32,000 nt of DNA from Nostoc sp. PCC 7120 = FACHB-418 (lineage in GTDB: Bacteria > Cyanobacteriota > Cyanobacteriia > Cyanobacteriales > Nostocaceae), in contig NC_003272.1 of NCBI RefSeq assembly GCF_000009705.1, positions 2,310,001 through 2,342,000 of the forward strand, in the 5' to 3' direction. The notes under the pieces are model-generated. The model was not told the origin of the DNA and searched no databases. It worked only from the letters and a program-made list of their open reading frames with translations. How positions within the stretch are numbered: position 1 is the first letter of the stretch; the number at the start of each line of letters is the position of its first letter. Shown here one piece after another: positions 14,258-22,545 of this stretch. The translations under genes and the position numbers were made by a program.

Positions 14258-15853
14258 TCATGCTTTTTTCGATAACAACTTGCCAATTGTGCGATTTTCC
14301 GGCGTAAACGTTGCTTTTGCCACTCGCTGAATATCCGCAGGAGTCACAGCCACAATGTCATCTAATTGTTTAAACAAATTGCGCCAAGAACCTGTTTTTA
14401 CCTCATATTCCAGAAGTTGCTGCGCCATACCCATATTGGAATCGAGGCTGCGTAATAAACCAGCTCTGGCTTGAGTTTTTACCCGTTCTAATTCCACCGC
14501 AGATACAGGTTCAGTTTTCAACTTGTCAATTTCTTTACTTAAAGCCAGCGCTACCTCATCAACTGTATGATTAGGAGCCGTGAGAGCATAGAACAGCATC
14601 AAGTTGGGGTATTTATCACCAGGAAAACCACTAAAACCTTGAGCGTTTAATGCTACACGTTCTTTTTCCACTAAAGACTTATATAGTCTTGATGTGCGTC
14701 CACTACTTAACAAGCTGGCAATAATATCATACGCCGCATTATCTGGATGAGTCATTGCGGGACGATGATAACCTTCTAAATACCAAGGTTGAGAAGCGAG
14801 TTCTAAAGTAACTTCTCGTGTTTGTGTTTGTTTGGGTTCTGTGGCAATTTTTGACTGTGGCTTAGGTGCTGCTTTGTAGCGTCCAAAGTAAGTTTGCGCC
14901 AAGCGTTTGACTTGAGCTACTTCCACATCTCCGACAACAGCAATAGTCAAATTACTGGGTACGTAATAAGTGTTAAAAAACGTCTGTACATCTTCTGGCG
15001 TTAAGTTACGAATATCTTGGTCGTAACCAATCACCGGTCGTCTGTAAGGATGAACTTTATAAGCAGCATCAATGAACCTCTCCACCATCATCCCAATAGG
15101 TGAATTTTCCACCCGCATCCGCCGCTCTTCTAAAATCACATCTTTTTCTTTATAAAACTCCCGGCGAATTACAGGATCAAGAAATCGATCAGACTCCAAT
15201 GACATCCACAGTTCTAACTTATTGGACGGGAAACTGTAGAAATAACGTGTCGCTTCCGTTGAGGTATTGGCGTTTAAACCTACACCCCCAGATTGTTCGA
15301 CAATTTGCCCCAGTTCATTTTGTTTGACTAATTTGCCAGCTTGTGATTCTACTTCCTTGAAAGTCGCTTGCAACCTCACAACATCATCTTGCTTACCATT
15401 GGCTTTCGCTGCTCGAATTTGTGTGTCTAACTGCTCCAAGCGCTCAAGTAAGGGTTTTTCAGCCTGATAATTTTCTGTACCAATGCGTGTAGTGCCTTTG
15501 AACGCCAAATGCTCAAGAAAGTGAGCGACACCAGTTTTACCATCTGGTTCATCCACACCTCCAACATCCGCGTAGGTGAGAAAGGAAACTACTGGTGCTT
15601 GATGGCGTTCTAAGACAATAAACTTCATGCCATTATCCAGCCGGAACTCCGTCAAATCTTTAATTACCCGGTCTAGATAGGGTTGAATTGAAGTAGGAAC
15701 TTTTGCAGTTGGTGTTTTGCTTGGTTGGAGAGCAATTGGCGTTTGTGCTAATGCTATTTCTGGTGTCCATCCCCACCATAGAACGACTGTTGCCATCAAG
15801 ATTGCCAACAGCCGACGCGATATTGAACGACTAAGTTGATTCATAAGCAACAA
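14258..15853 (-). CDS. M16-family zinc peptidase, catalytic-type subunit
   Basis: Inverted zinc motif HFLEHLAFKG (HxxEH) and an N-terminal signal peptide (LLAILMATVVLWWGWTPEIALAQ). Its stop lies 16 nt upstream of the partner gene. Confidence 0.88.
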   Translation of the reverse strand: MLLMNQLSRSISRRLLAILMATVVLWWGWTPEIALAQTPIALQPSKTPTAKVPTSIQPYLDRVIKDLTEFRLDNGMKFIVLERHQAPVVSFLTYADVGGVDEPDGKTGVAHFLEHLAFKGTTRIGTENYQAEKPLLERLEQLDTQIRAAKANGKQDDVVRLQATFKEVESQAGKLVKQNELGQIVEQSGGVGLNANTSTEATRYFYSFPSNKLELWMSLESDRFLDPVIRREFYKEKDVILEERRMRVENSPIGMMVERFIDAAYKVHPYRRPVIGYDQDIRNLTPEDVQTFFNTYYVPSNLTIAVVGDVEVAQVKRLAQTYFGRYKAAPKPQSKIATEPKQTQTREVTLELASQPWYLEGYHRPAMTHPDNAAYDIIASLLSSGRTSRLYKSLVEKERVALNAQGFSGFPGDKYPNLMLFYALTAPNHTVDEVALALSKEIDKLKTEPVSAVELERVKTQARAGLLRSLDSNMGMAQQLLEYEVKTGSWRNLFKQLDDIVAVTPADIQRVAKATFTPENRTIGKLLSKKA

Positions 15854-15994
15854 GTAAATAAATATCCACTACCTAAGCAACAGGTTAATCGAGAATTGTA
15901 GCGTTAATCTTGTATTAAGCTTTCTGTGCTTTTTGTACCTGACGTTAGACAATAATGCTACAAGTAGTGTTCCGGAGATTTTACAATAACTATT

Positions 15995-16608
15995 ATGCGA
16001 GTTTTTAATTCTCCCCCGCCTTCAGAGGCACAGACACGCACCAAAATTTTACAGGCAGCGCTAAAGTTATTTGCCTCCCAAGGCTTTGATGGCACTACCA
16101 CCCGCGATTTAGCACAAGCCGCAGGTGTAGCCGAAGGTACTTTGTTTAGGCATTTCCCTAACAAAAAAGCGATTTTGGTAGAAGTAGCAACTGCTGGCTG
16201 GGTGGACATTCTCACAGATTTGCTCACAGAGTTGAGCGAAATGGGTAGCTATAAAGCAGTCGCTCAGGTGATGCGTCGCCGGATGTGGAATTTGCAAAAA
16301 ACGCCGACTTAATGCGGGTTTGCTTCATGGAAGTGCAGTTTCACCCAGACTTGCGCGATCGCATTCAAGAAGAAGTCATTGGTAAAATGACCGATGTCGC
16401 CGAAGCCTTCTTCCAAACCGCAATGGATAAAGGCATTTACCGCAAAACAGATGCCAATCTAGTAGCCAAAGTATTCCTGGGAATGTTTGCGATCGCTGGC
16501 TTCTCTAACAATACTCTCATGCAGCCAGACGCTTCCCCCCAAGAAATGCAGCAAATGGCAGAAGGCCTAGCTGATATCTTCCTCAATGGGGTACTAGCAA
16601 AAGATTAG
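15995..16608 (+). pseudogene. TetR/AcrR-family transcriptional regulator split by a frameshift
   Basis: An N-terminal TetR HTH (TKILQAALKLFASQGFDGTTTRDLAQAAGVAEGTLFRHFPNKKAI) sits in one frame and ends at 16312. The C-terminal ligand-domain-like part sits in another frame from 16285. Removing 2 nt at the tgtg of 16284-16287 would fuse them as ...RRRM-EFAKNADL... Confidence 0.7.
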
Positions 16609-16617
16609 GGAATCACC

Positions 16618-16652
16618 GTTAACTGTTAACTGTTGACTGTTGACCATTGACC
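16618..16652. repeat. Heptamer STRR (GTTAACT/GTTGACT/GTTGACC, 5 units)
   Basis: Read directly. It supplies the last codons (..MVNGQQSTVNS) and the stop codon of the - strand gene 16619-17068. Confidence 0.85.
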
Positions 16653-17068
16653 ATATTCGCCTGTTGACTCCACTGCTGGACTAATTCAATTGCTGGACAC
16701 AAATCTCGACGCTGCAAGGTTGCGACTTGTAAGCGTAAAATCTGTTTGTGTAATCGGTGAGTGGGAATCTGGGCTAACTGTGCCACAGAAGCAACACCAG
16801 CATGAAGTAACAGACCACAATATTGTGTTCCCACACCAGGAATCCTGGCTAAATCTGCTAAGGCGATCCATTTATTTACATATTGCGGATGAACTTGTAA
16901 TCTACTCGCCAAAGCCAGCCTGGACTCTAAAGTTTTACCCTGTTTGACAAGCCCTGCTGTAGTTTGAATCCCACAATTTTGCAGTCGGGATTGTTCCTCT
17001 TGACTCAATCCAGGTAATTGCTCAATCGGCCAGTCACAACTTAGCATAGTTGTATTTTTACTAGACAT
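16619..17068 (-). CDS. DUF4332-like (helix-hairpin-helix) domain protein
   Basis: The pattern IEQLPGLSQEEQSRLQNCGIQTT..L......LADLARIPGVGTQYCGLLLHAGV.SVAQLA is typical of cyanobacterial DUF4332 proteins (recall-level assignment). Confidence 0.55.
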   Translation of the reverse strand: MSSKNTTMLSCDWPIEQLPGLSQEEQSRLQNCGIQTTAGLVKQGKTLESRLALASRLQVHPQYVNKWIALADLARIPGVGTQYCGLLLHAGVASVAQLAQIPTHRLHKQILRLQVATLQRRDLCPAIELVQQWSQQANMVNGQQSTVNS

Positions 17069-17118
17069 GGAAAATAAGACATAGGTTTATTTATCTATTC
17101 TGGCGCTTAATTTTCAAA

Positions 17119-17180
17119 CGCAGAGGAACACGGAGGTAAACGCAAAGGAACGCGGAGACTTCTCTTTGCGTACCTCTGCG
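17119..17180 (-). terminator. Nested hairpin / small dispersed repeat downstream of the PhzF-like gene
   Basis: Outer stem CGCAGAGG (17119-17126) / CCTCTGCG (17173-17180); inner stem CGCAAAG (17141-17147) / CTTTGCG (17164-17170). Confidence 0.45.
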
Positions 17181-17190
17181 CCCCTTTGCA

Positions 17191-18012
17191 TTAAATTAAC
17201 TCCCCCCGTAAAACTGTAACCGCCTGTCCTGCGAGAAATACCCGATGGTCGCTTTGCGAACCGCCGTAGGCATCGCCTCCCCCATAACGCACCTTCACCA
17301 CCCCACCACGGCTAGAGGCTTGATAAGCCACAAACTCATCTTTACCCAGGCGATCGCGCCAATAAGCAGCCAAGCAGCAATGAGCCGCCCCTGTAACTGG
17401 ATCTTCATTTATACCCAAACCAGGAGCAAAAAAACGAGAAACAAAATCATACTGGGAATCAGTCCGAGTTTGGCTGGTTACAATAGCATTACCAGTTAGT
17501 AAGGTTGCCAGTTTAGAGAAATTCGGCTGCATTTGCCGCACTAAATCCTCAGACTCTACCTCTACCAAATAGCCCAAAGAGTTCTGTACAACTACTTTCA
17601 ATGGCACACCCAAAGCCTCACCTAGTTCAGGCGGCGTTGTTATTGCTTGTGAATGATTTACCGGAAAATCTAACTCAATCCAATCACCTTGGCGCTTGGC
17701 AATGAGTAAACCACTTTTGGTATGAAAATGAGCAACTTCATCGGGGGACAAATGCCCCTCTGACCACAAAACATGAGCGCTGGCTAAGGTTGCATGACCA
17801 CAAAGCGGTACTTCCACTGTCGGCGTGAACCACCGCAGATTGAAGCCATCATCTTGTTTGACTAAGAAAGCCGTCTCCGATAAATTCATTTCCTGGGCTA
17901 CATTTTGCATCCAAGAGTCATCTTGGGGAGTAGGCAAAACACAGACAGCCGCAGGATTACCCGCGAATGGTTTAGCGGTGAAAGCATCTACTTGAATAAT
18001 TTGTTGTCCCAT
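17191..18012 (-). CDS. PhzF-family isomerase-like protein
   Basis: QVDAFTAKPFAGNPAAVCVL, NLSETAFLV, LRWFTPTVEVPLCGHATLASAHVL and EDPVTGAAHCCLAAYW are the characteristic two-domain PhzF/DAP-epimerase-fold motifs. Confidence 0.85.
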   Translation of the reverse strand: MGQQIIQVDAFTAKPFAGNPAAVCVLPTPQDDSWMQNVAQEMNLSETAFLVKQDDGFNLRWFTPTVEVPLCGHATLASAHVLWSEGHLSPDEVAHFHTKSGLLIAKRQGDWIELDFPVNHSQAITTPPELGEALGVPLKVVVQNSLGYLVEVESEDLVRQMQPNFSKLATLLTGNAIVTSQTRTDSQYDFVSRFFAPGLGINEDPVTGAAHCCLAAYWRDRLGKDEFVAYQASSRGGVVKVRYGGGDAYGGSQSDHRVFLAGQAVTVLRGELI

Positions 18013-18121
18013 AAAGTTTAAAAATATAATTCGTAATTAACAAGGTAAGTCCTATTGAGCATGAATAACGGGCTATGCAGTACCTTAGAAATTAGTAAAC
18101 TATCTCCACAAGCCTGAGTCA

Positions 18122-18343
18122 ATGTTCAATGCAAGCCGTAATTTGCAACTCAAAATCATTACAGGTCTAATTTTTGTGGGCTTGGTCGGTTGTAATGCTG
18201 AACAAAAGCTGCCATCCAATCCTACAGAAATACAACCATCAACCACACAACCTGAAGCACCAAACAGGGAAAATGACAAAGATGATGATGATCAAGAGCC
18301 AGAAAATGACAGCCAGGATAATGATAAAGAAGATAACGATTAA
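18122..18343 (+). CDS. Small lipoprotein with acidic low-complexity tail
   Basis: A signal peptide with the lipobox LVGC (IITGLIFVGLVGC|N), followed by a Pro/Glu/Asp-rich tail (DKDDDDQEPENDSQDNDKEDND). Confidence 0.5.
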   Translation: MFNASRNLQLKIITGLIFVGLVGCNAEQKLPSNPTEIQPSTTQPEAPNRENDKDDDDQEPENDSQDNDKEDND

Positions 18344-18359
18344 ATAGCGATAACTAATT

Positions 18360-19727
18360 ATGGGTTCTCTAGCTGATACTTTGCGCGATCGCCGTCAAAA
18401 ATTAGCCCACCTCATCGATTTTCCCGCGATTTTATGGTCAGGTGGTAGCAATGCGCGCAATTTTCCCGCCAATCGTTTTCCGTTTCGGGCTAGCAGTCAC
18501 TTCCTCTATTTTGCTGGCTTACCCCTACCCAACGCCGCAATTTACCTAAAAGCAGGTAAGTTAACATTATTTATCGATGATCCTGCACCCGGTAGCGCCC
18601 TATGGCATGGAGAAACGCCAAAACGTGAGGAAATAGCTGAAACTATTGGTGCGGATGCAGCTCAACCCTTATCAGAATTAACGCCTTTCCTGGAAGGTGC
18701 AGCCACTATTGCCGTCCAAGATGCTACAACTTGGACGCAGCAATCCCAACTACTGAACAGATGGGTTTTACCGCAAGGTCAGCCAGAAGGAATTGATTTA
18801 GAATTAGCGAAAGCGATCGTTACCTTACGCCTCACCCACGACACAGGCGCATTAGCTGAGTTACGCAAAGCTGCAACTGTGAGTGTAGCAGCCCACAAAG
18901 CCGGCATGGCAGCCACCACCAACGCCAAAATAGAAGCAGAAATTAGAGCCGCAATGGAAAGCGTTTTCCTGGCTCACAACATGACGACTGCTTATAACAG
19001 TATTGTCACAGTCCACGGTGAAGTCTTACACAACGAACAGTATCACCATCCTCTGCAACCAGGGGATTTATTACTAGCCGATGTCGGCGGCGAAACAGAA
19101 TTAGGTTGGGCTGCTGATATTACCCGTACCTGGCCTGTGTCTGGTAAATTTTCTCCCACACAACGGGATATATATGATGTAGTCTTAGCAGCCCATGATA
19201 CCTGCATTGCCAACATCCGCCCTGGTGTGGAGTATGCAGAGATTCATCTATTAGGGGCTAGGGTTATTGCCGAAGGTTTGGTAAATTTAGGCATTTTGCG
19301 AGGTAATCCCGAAGATTTAGTAGAAAAAGATGCCCATGCTTTATTTTTCCCCCACGGTATCGGTCATCTCTTGGGTTTGGATGTCCACGATATGGAAGAC
19401 TTGGGCGATTTAGCCGGCTATGAAGAAGGGAAGAAAAGGAGCGATCGCTTCGGCTTAGGCTACCTCCGTTTAAATCGTCCCCTACGTACAGGAATGTTAG
19501 TCACAATTGAACCCGGATTCTACCAAGTTCCCGCCATCTTAAACGATGAAAAAACTCGCTCAAGATATCAATACACAGTCAATTGGGAACGCCTATCACA
19601 ATTTACCGATGTCCGAGGAATCCGCATTGAAGATGATGTTTTAGTTACAGATACAGGCAGCGAAGTCCTCACCGCCGCCTTGCCAAATGACGCTGATACC
19701 ATAGAACATCTAGTTAATCAAATTTGA
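18360..19727 (+). CDS. pepP: Xaa-Pro aminopeptidase (M24B, aminopeptidase P family)
   Basis: Pita-bread metal ligand pattern: LLADVGGE...AADITRT, HGIGHLLGLDVHD, VTIEPGFY, IRIEDDVLVT. Confidence 0.85.
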   Translation: MGSLADTLRDRRQKLAHLIDFPAILWSGGSNARNFPANRFPFRASSHFLYFAGLPLPNAAIYLKAGKLTLFIDDPAPGSALWHGETPKREEIAETIGADAAQPLSELTPFLEGAATIAVQDATTWTQQSQLLNRWVLPQGQPEGIDLELAKAIVTLRLTHDTGALAELRKAATVSVAAHKAGMAATTNAKIEAEIRAAMESVFLAHNMTTAYNSIVTVHGEVLHNEQYHHPLQPGDLLLADVGGETELGWAADITRTWPVSGKFSPTQRDIYDVVLAAHDTCIANIRPGVEYAEIHLLGARVIAEGLVNLGILRGNPEDLVEKDAHALFFPHGIGHLLGLDVHDMEDLGDLAGYEEGKKRSDRFGLGYLRLNRPLRTGMLVTIEPGFYQVPAILNDEKTRSRYQYTVNWERLSQFTDVRGIRIEDDVLVTDTGSEVLTAALPNDADTIEHLVNQI

Positions 19728-19869
19728 GGCGTTGCTGAATCAGAGGATGAAATTTGATGTGCTGAAATTTCAAACTCTTTATTTTGAATTTTGTTGGCGT
19801 TCGCGGTAGCGTCTCGTAGAGAAGCCTTCCCGTAGGGTATTTTGAATTGATTCTGCGCCTCTGCGTGAA

Positions 19870-20568
19870 TTAAACCGCCAAAAACCGTTGAATCACATCC
19901 TGACTAAGTTCATCAGTGGAACCAGATGCAACAATAGCCCCTTTTTGCATAGCGTAATAGTAATCAGCCTGACGGACAAAATGTAAGTGTTGTTCTACAA
20001 GTAAAACAGAAATACCTGTAGTTTCAATAATGCGACGGACGGCTGCTTCAATTTCTAGGATGATTGAAGGTTGAATCCCTTCTGTGGGTTCATCTAAAAC
20101 CAATAATTGAGGCTGTCCCATTAAAGCACGAGCGATCGCCAGTTGTTGTTGTTGTCCACCACTTAAATCACCACCCATCCGCGATAACATGGTTTTTAAC
20201 ACAGGAAATAAGCTAAAAATTTCTTCCGGAATTTCAGCTTTTTTCACCTGTTTCTGTCTAGCTTCTAACCCCAGCAGCAGATTTTCCTTGACTGTTAAAC
20301 GAGGAATAATATCTCTTCCTTGAGGAACATAACCAATTCCCATTTTCGCCCTTTGGTCTGGAGATTTGGAGTTGATTAAATTCCCGGCTAAGTTAATAGT
20401 GCCACTGCGAGGTTTCAGTAAACCCATAATTGTTTTCAGTAGGGTTGTTTTACCTACACCATTGCGCCCAATTAGACAGATCATTTGCCCATTTGGTACA
20501 GTTAAATCTACATTGCGGAGAATATGGCTTTCGCCATAGTAAACGTTAAGGTTAGAAATATTTAGCAT
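19870..20568 (-). CDS. urtE: Urea ABC transporter ATP-binding protein UrtE
   Basis: Walker A GRNGVGKTT, signature LSGGQQQQLAIARAL, Walker B LLVLDEPTEG. It is the last gene of a urtABCDE-ordered operon. Confidence 0.85.
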   Translation of the reverse strand: MLNISNLNVYYGESHILRNVDLTVPNGQMICLIGRNGVGKTTLLKTIMGLLKPRSGTINLAGNLINSKSPDQRAKMGIGYVPQGRDIIPRLTVKENLLLGLEARQKQVKKAEIPEEIFSLFPVLKTMLSRMGGDLSGGQQQQLAIARALMGQPQLLVLDEPTEGIQPSIILEIEAAVRRIIETTGISVLLVEQHLHFVRQADYYYAMQKGAIVASGSTDELSQDVIQRFLAV

Positions 20569-20578
20569 ATTGGTTCAG

Positions 20579-20598
20579 AGACGCGATTAATCGCGTCT
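20579..20598. repeat. 20-nt perfect palindrome AGACGCGATTAATCGCGTCT, 11 nt upstream of the urtE start
   Basis: Read directly. A 16-nt half-copy GATTAATCGCGTCTGT recurs at 20619-20634, and CCCCTACA octamers (20652-20671) abut the urtD stop. Confidence 0.85.
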
Positions 20599-20671
20599 GT
20601 ACAATTGTTTAGATATATGATTAATCGCGTCTGTTGTCTTGATTCTACACACCCCTACACCCCTACACCCC

Positions 20672-21412
20672 TCATTGTTGTCCTAAATAAACTTCAACGA
20701 CACGAGGGTCATTTTGGACTTCTTCAAAATTGCCTTCACAGAGTACCGAACCCTCATGTAAAACTGTGACTTTCTTGGCGATTTGGCGGACAAATTCCAT
20801 ATCATGTTCAATTACTAAAATTGAATGACTCTGCGCTAATGTTAAAAGTAATTCGCCGATATTATAAGTTTCTTCATCAGTTAAACCTGCCACTGGTTCA
20901 TCCACAAGTAATAAATCTGGGGATTGTCCAACTAACATTCCAATTTCTAAACGTTGCTTTTCTCCATGAGATAACAAAGATGCGGGTATGTCTGCTTTAG
21001 GCGTTAAGCCAATGGTTTCTAATAAACCTTTAATACTATTTTCTTCCGTAGATTGAGAACGCCCAAACAATGTAGAGAAAACGTTTTTCTTTCGGTTACT
21101 GGTAATTTCTAAATTTTCCCGTGGCGTGAGGTTGAGATAAACTCTAGGTGTTTGGAATTTGCGCCCAATTCCTCGCCGTGCAATTTGATGTTCACGTAAA
21201 GAACGCAGGTTTTTTCCTTTAAATAAAACTCTGCCTATCGTCGGTTGAACTTTACCTGTAATCACATCCAAAAATGTAGTTTTACCCGCACCATTAGGGC
21301 CAATTACTACTCGCAATTCCCCCACATCCATACTAAAATTTAGTTGGTTTAGAGCTTTAAAACCATCAAAGCTAACAGTAACATTTTCAGTTTCCAAGAT
21401 TTTGGCGTTCAT
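20672..21412 (-). CDS. urtD: Urea ABC transporter ATP-binding protein UrtD
   Basis: Walker A GPNGAGKTT, signature LSHGEKQRLEIGM, Walker B LLLVDEPVAG. Its position after urtC also fits. Confidence 0.85.
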   Translation of the reverse strand: MNAKILETENVTVSFDGFKALNQLNFSMDVGELRVVIGPNGAGKTTFLDVITGKVQPTIGRVLFKGKNLRSLREHQIARRGIGRKFQTPRVYLNLTPRENLEITSNRKKNVFSTLFGRSQSTEENSIKGLLETIGLTPKADIPASLLSHGEKQRLEIGMLVGQSPDLLLVDEPVAGLTDEETYNIGELLLTLAQSHSILVIEHDMEFVRQIAKKVTVLHEGSVLCEGNFEEVQNDPRVVEVYLGQQ

Positions 21413-22505
21413 GTTGTACTTCTGGGTCTTCTTCCAAACTGGGATATGTAGAAATTTGTTGAGGGCGTTTGAGAAAAGGAATGTTTTGACTACGTAACCA
21501 TCCTACTAAGCCATCAGGAAGGACGGTCACGACAATTAAAAATAATGCGCCTTGGAAAAATAGCCAGATTTCGGCAAATTGTTCACTCAAAAAAGCACGG
21601 GCATAATTAACTAATAAAGTTCCCAAAACTGCCCCGATTAATGTAGCGCGTCCCCCCACAGCTACCCAAATCACCATTTCAATGGAAAAAGCAATATCCA
21701 TAGCTCTAGGTGAGACAGAACCACTTTGCAGGGTGTAAAATGCTCCTGCGATACCAGCGATCGCACCAGAAACTGCAAAGACTAATGTTTTAAAATCTGT
21801 AGGGTCATAACCAGAAAATCTCACCCGGCTTTCATCGTCTCGAATTGCAATTAACAGTCGTCCAAAGCGTCCGCTAGTCAACCAGCGACAAATCCCGTAG
21901 GTAGCAGCGAGAAACAGGACTGTGAGAGTGTAGAAGATAAATTTTGTTTTTGGATCGCTGACAGTTGCACCAAACAAAGTTGTAAAATCTATTAGCCCGT
22001 TAGTACCATTAAAAAATTGCTGTTGACCGTTAAAAAAGTTGAAGAATACAATAATCGCCGCTTGGGTCAAAATCGAAAAATAAACGCCCTTAATCCGATT
22101 GCGGAATACCAAATATCCTAATAACCCCGCCAGCAACCCTGGAATTATCACCACAGCCGCCACTGCTATGGGGAACGAATAAAAAGGTCGCCAAAACCAA
22201 GGAAGTTCCGTGACACCATACAATTCCATGAAATCAGGTAACTCACCCTCTGGGATTTGCAGTTTTAGGTACATTGCGATCGCATATCCACCCAACCCAA
22301 AAAAGATACCATGTCCCAAACTGAGCAAACCAGTGTAACCCCAAATTAAATCAATACCTAAAGCCACAATTGCCAAAGACAAAAATCGCCCCAACAGATT
22401 CAAGCGAAACTCTGACAGCACCAGTGGCATAATTAAAATGAGGATGAGAGCGATCGCTACCACCACCCCAACCTCAATTAATATTAACCGTCCTCCCTTT
22501 TTCAT
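21387..22505 (-). CDS. urtC: Urea ABC transporter permease UrtC
   Basis: A polytopic LivM-like permease, 372 aa, located between urtB and urtD. It overlaps urtD by 26 nt. Confidence 0.82.
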   Translation of the reverse strand: MKKGGRLILIEVGVVVAIALILILIMPLVLSEFRLNLLGRFLSLAIVALGIDLIWGYTGLLSLGHGIFFGLGGYAIAMYLKLQIPEGELPDFMELYGVTELPWFWRPFYSFPIAVAAVVIIPGLLAGLLGYLVFRNRIKGVYFSILTQAAIIVFFNFFNGQQQFFNGTNGLIDFTTLFGATVSDPKTKFIFYTLTVLFLAATYGICRWLTSGRFGRLLIAIRDDESRVRFSGYDPTDFKTLVFAVSGAIAGIAGAFYTLQSGSVSPRAMDIAFSIEMVIWVAVGGRATLIGAVLGTLLVNYARAFLSEQFAEIWLFFQGALFLIVVTVLPDGLVGWLRSQNIPFLKRPQQISTYPSLEEDPEVQHERQNLGN

Positions 22506-22545
22506 TCTCTGCGCCCTCCGCGTCTCTGCGTGAGATTAAAAAAAA

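Noticed and set aside
13390-15467. Plus-strand ORFs 13390-13680, 14078-14275, 15100-15327, 15267-15467
   Set aside because: They lie antisense within the two M16 peptidase genes and have low-complexity translations, so they are shadow ORFs.
12703-15853. M16 peptidase pair as leader-removal enzymes of the peptide island
   Set aside because: The pair is separated from the island by a 32-nt perfect palindromic terminator and an independent gene. The exporter already carries an intact C39 leader peptidase, and such pairs are common housekeeping genes in cyanobacteria. It is kept only as a low-interest note.
15958-16297. Minus-strand ORFs 15958-16227 and 16109-16297
   Set aside because: They lie antisense to the TetR-family gene, whose HTH motif is unambiguous, so they are shadow ORFs.
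16686-17499. ORFs 16686-16871(-), 16690-16947(+), 17245-17499(+)
   Set aside because: They lie inside the DUF4332-like and PhzF-like genes in other frames and are unsupported.
21387-21412. 26-nt overlap of urtC and urtD as something unusual
   Set aside because: Overlaps are common in ABC operons and consistent with translational coupling. An alternative downstream start cannot be excluded, so this is not noteworthy.
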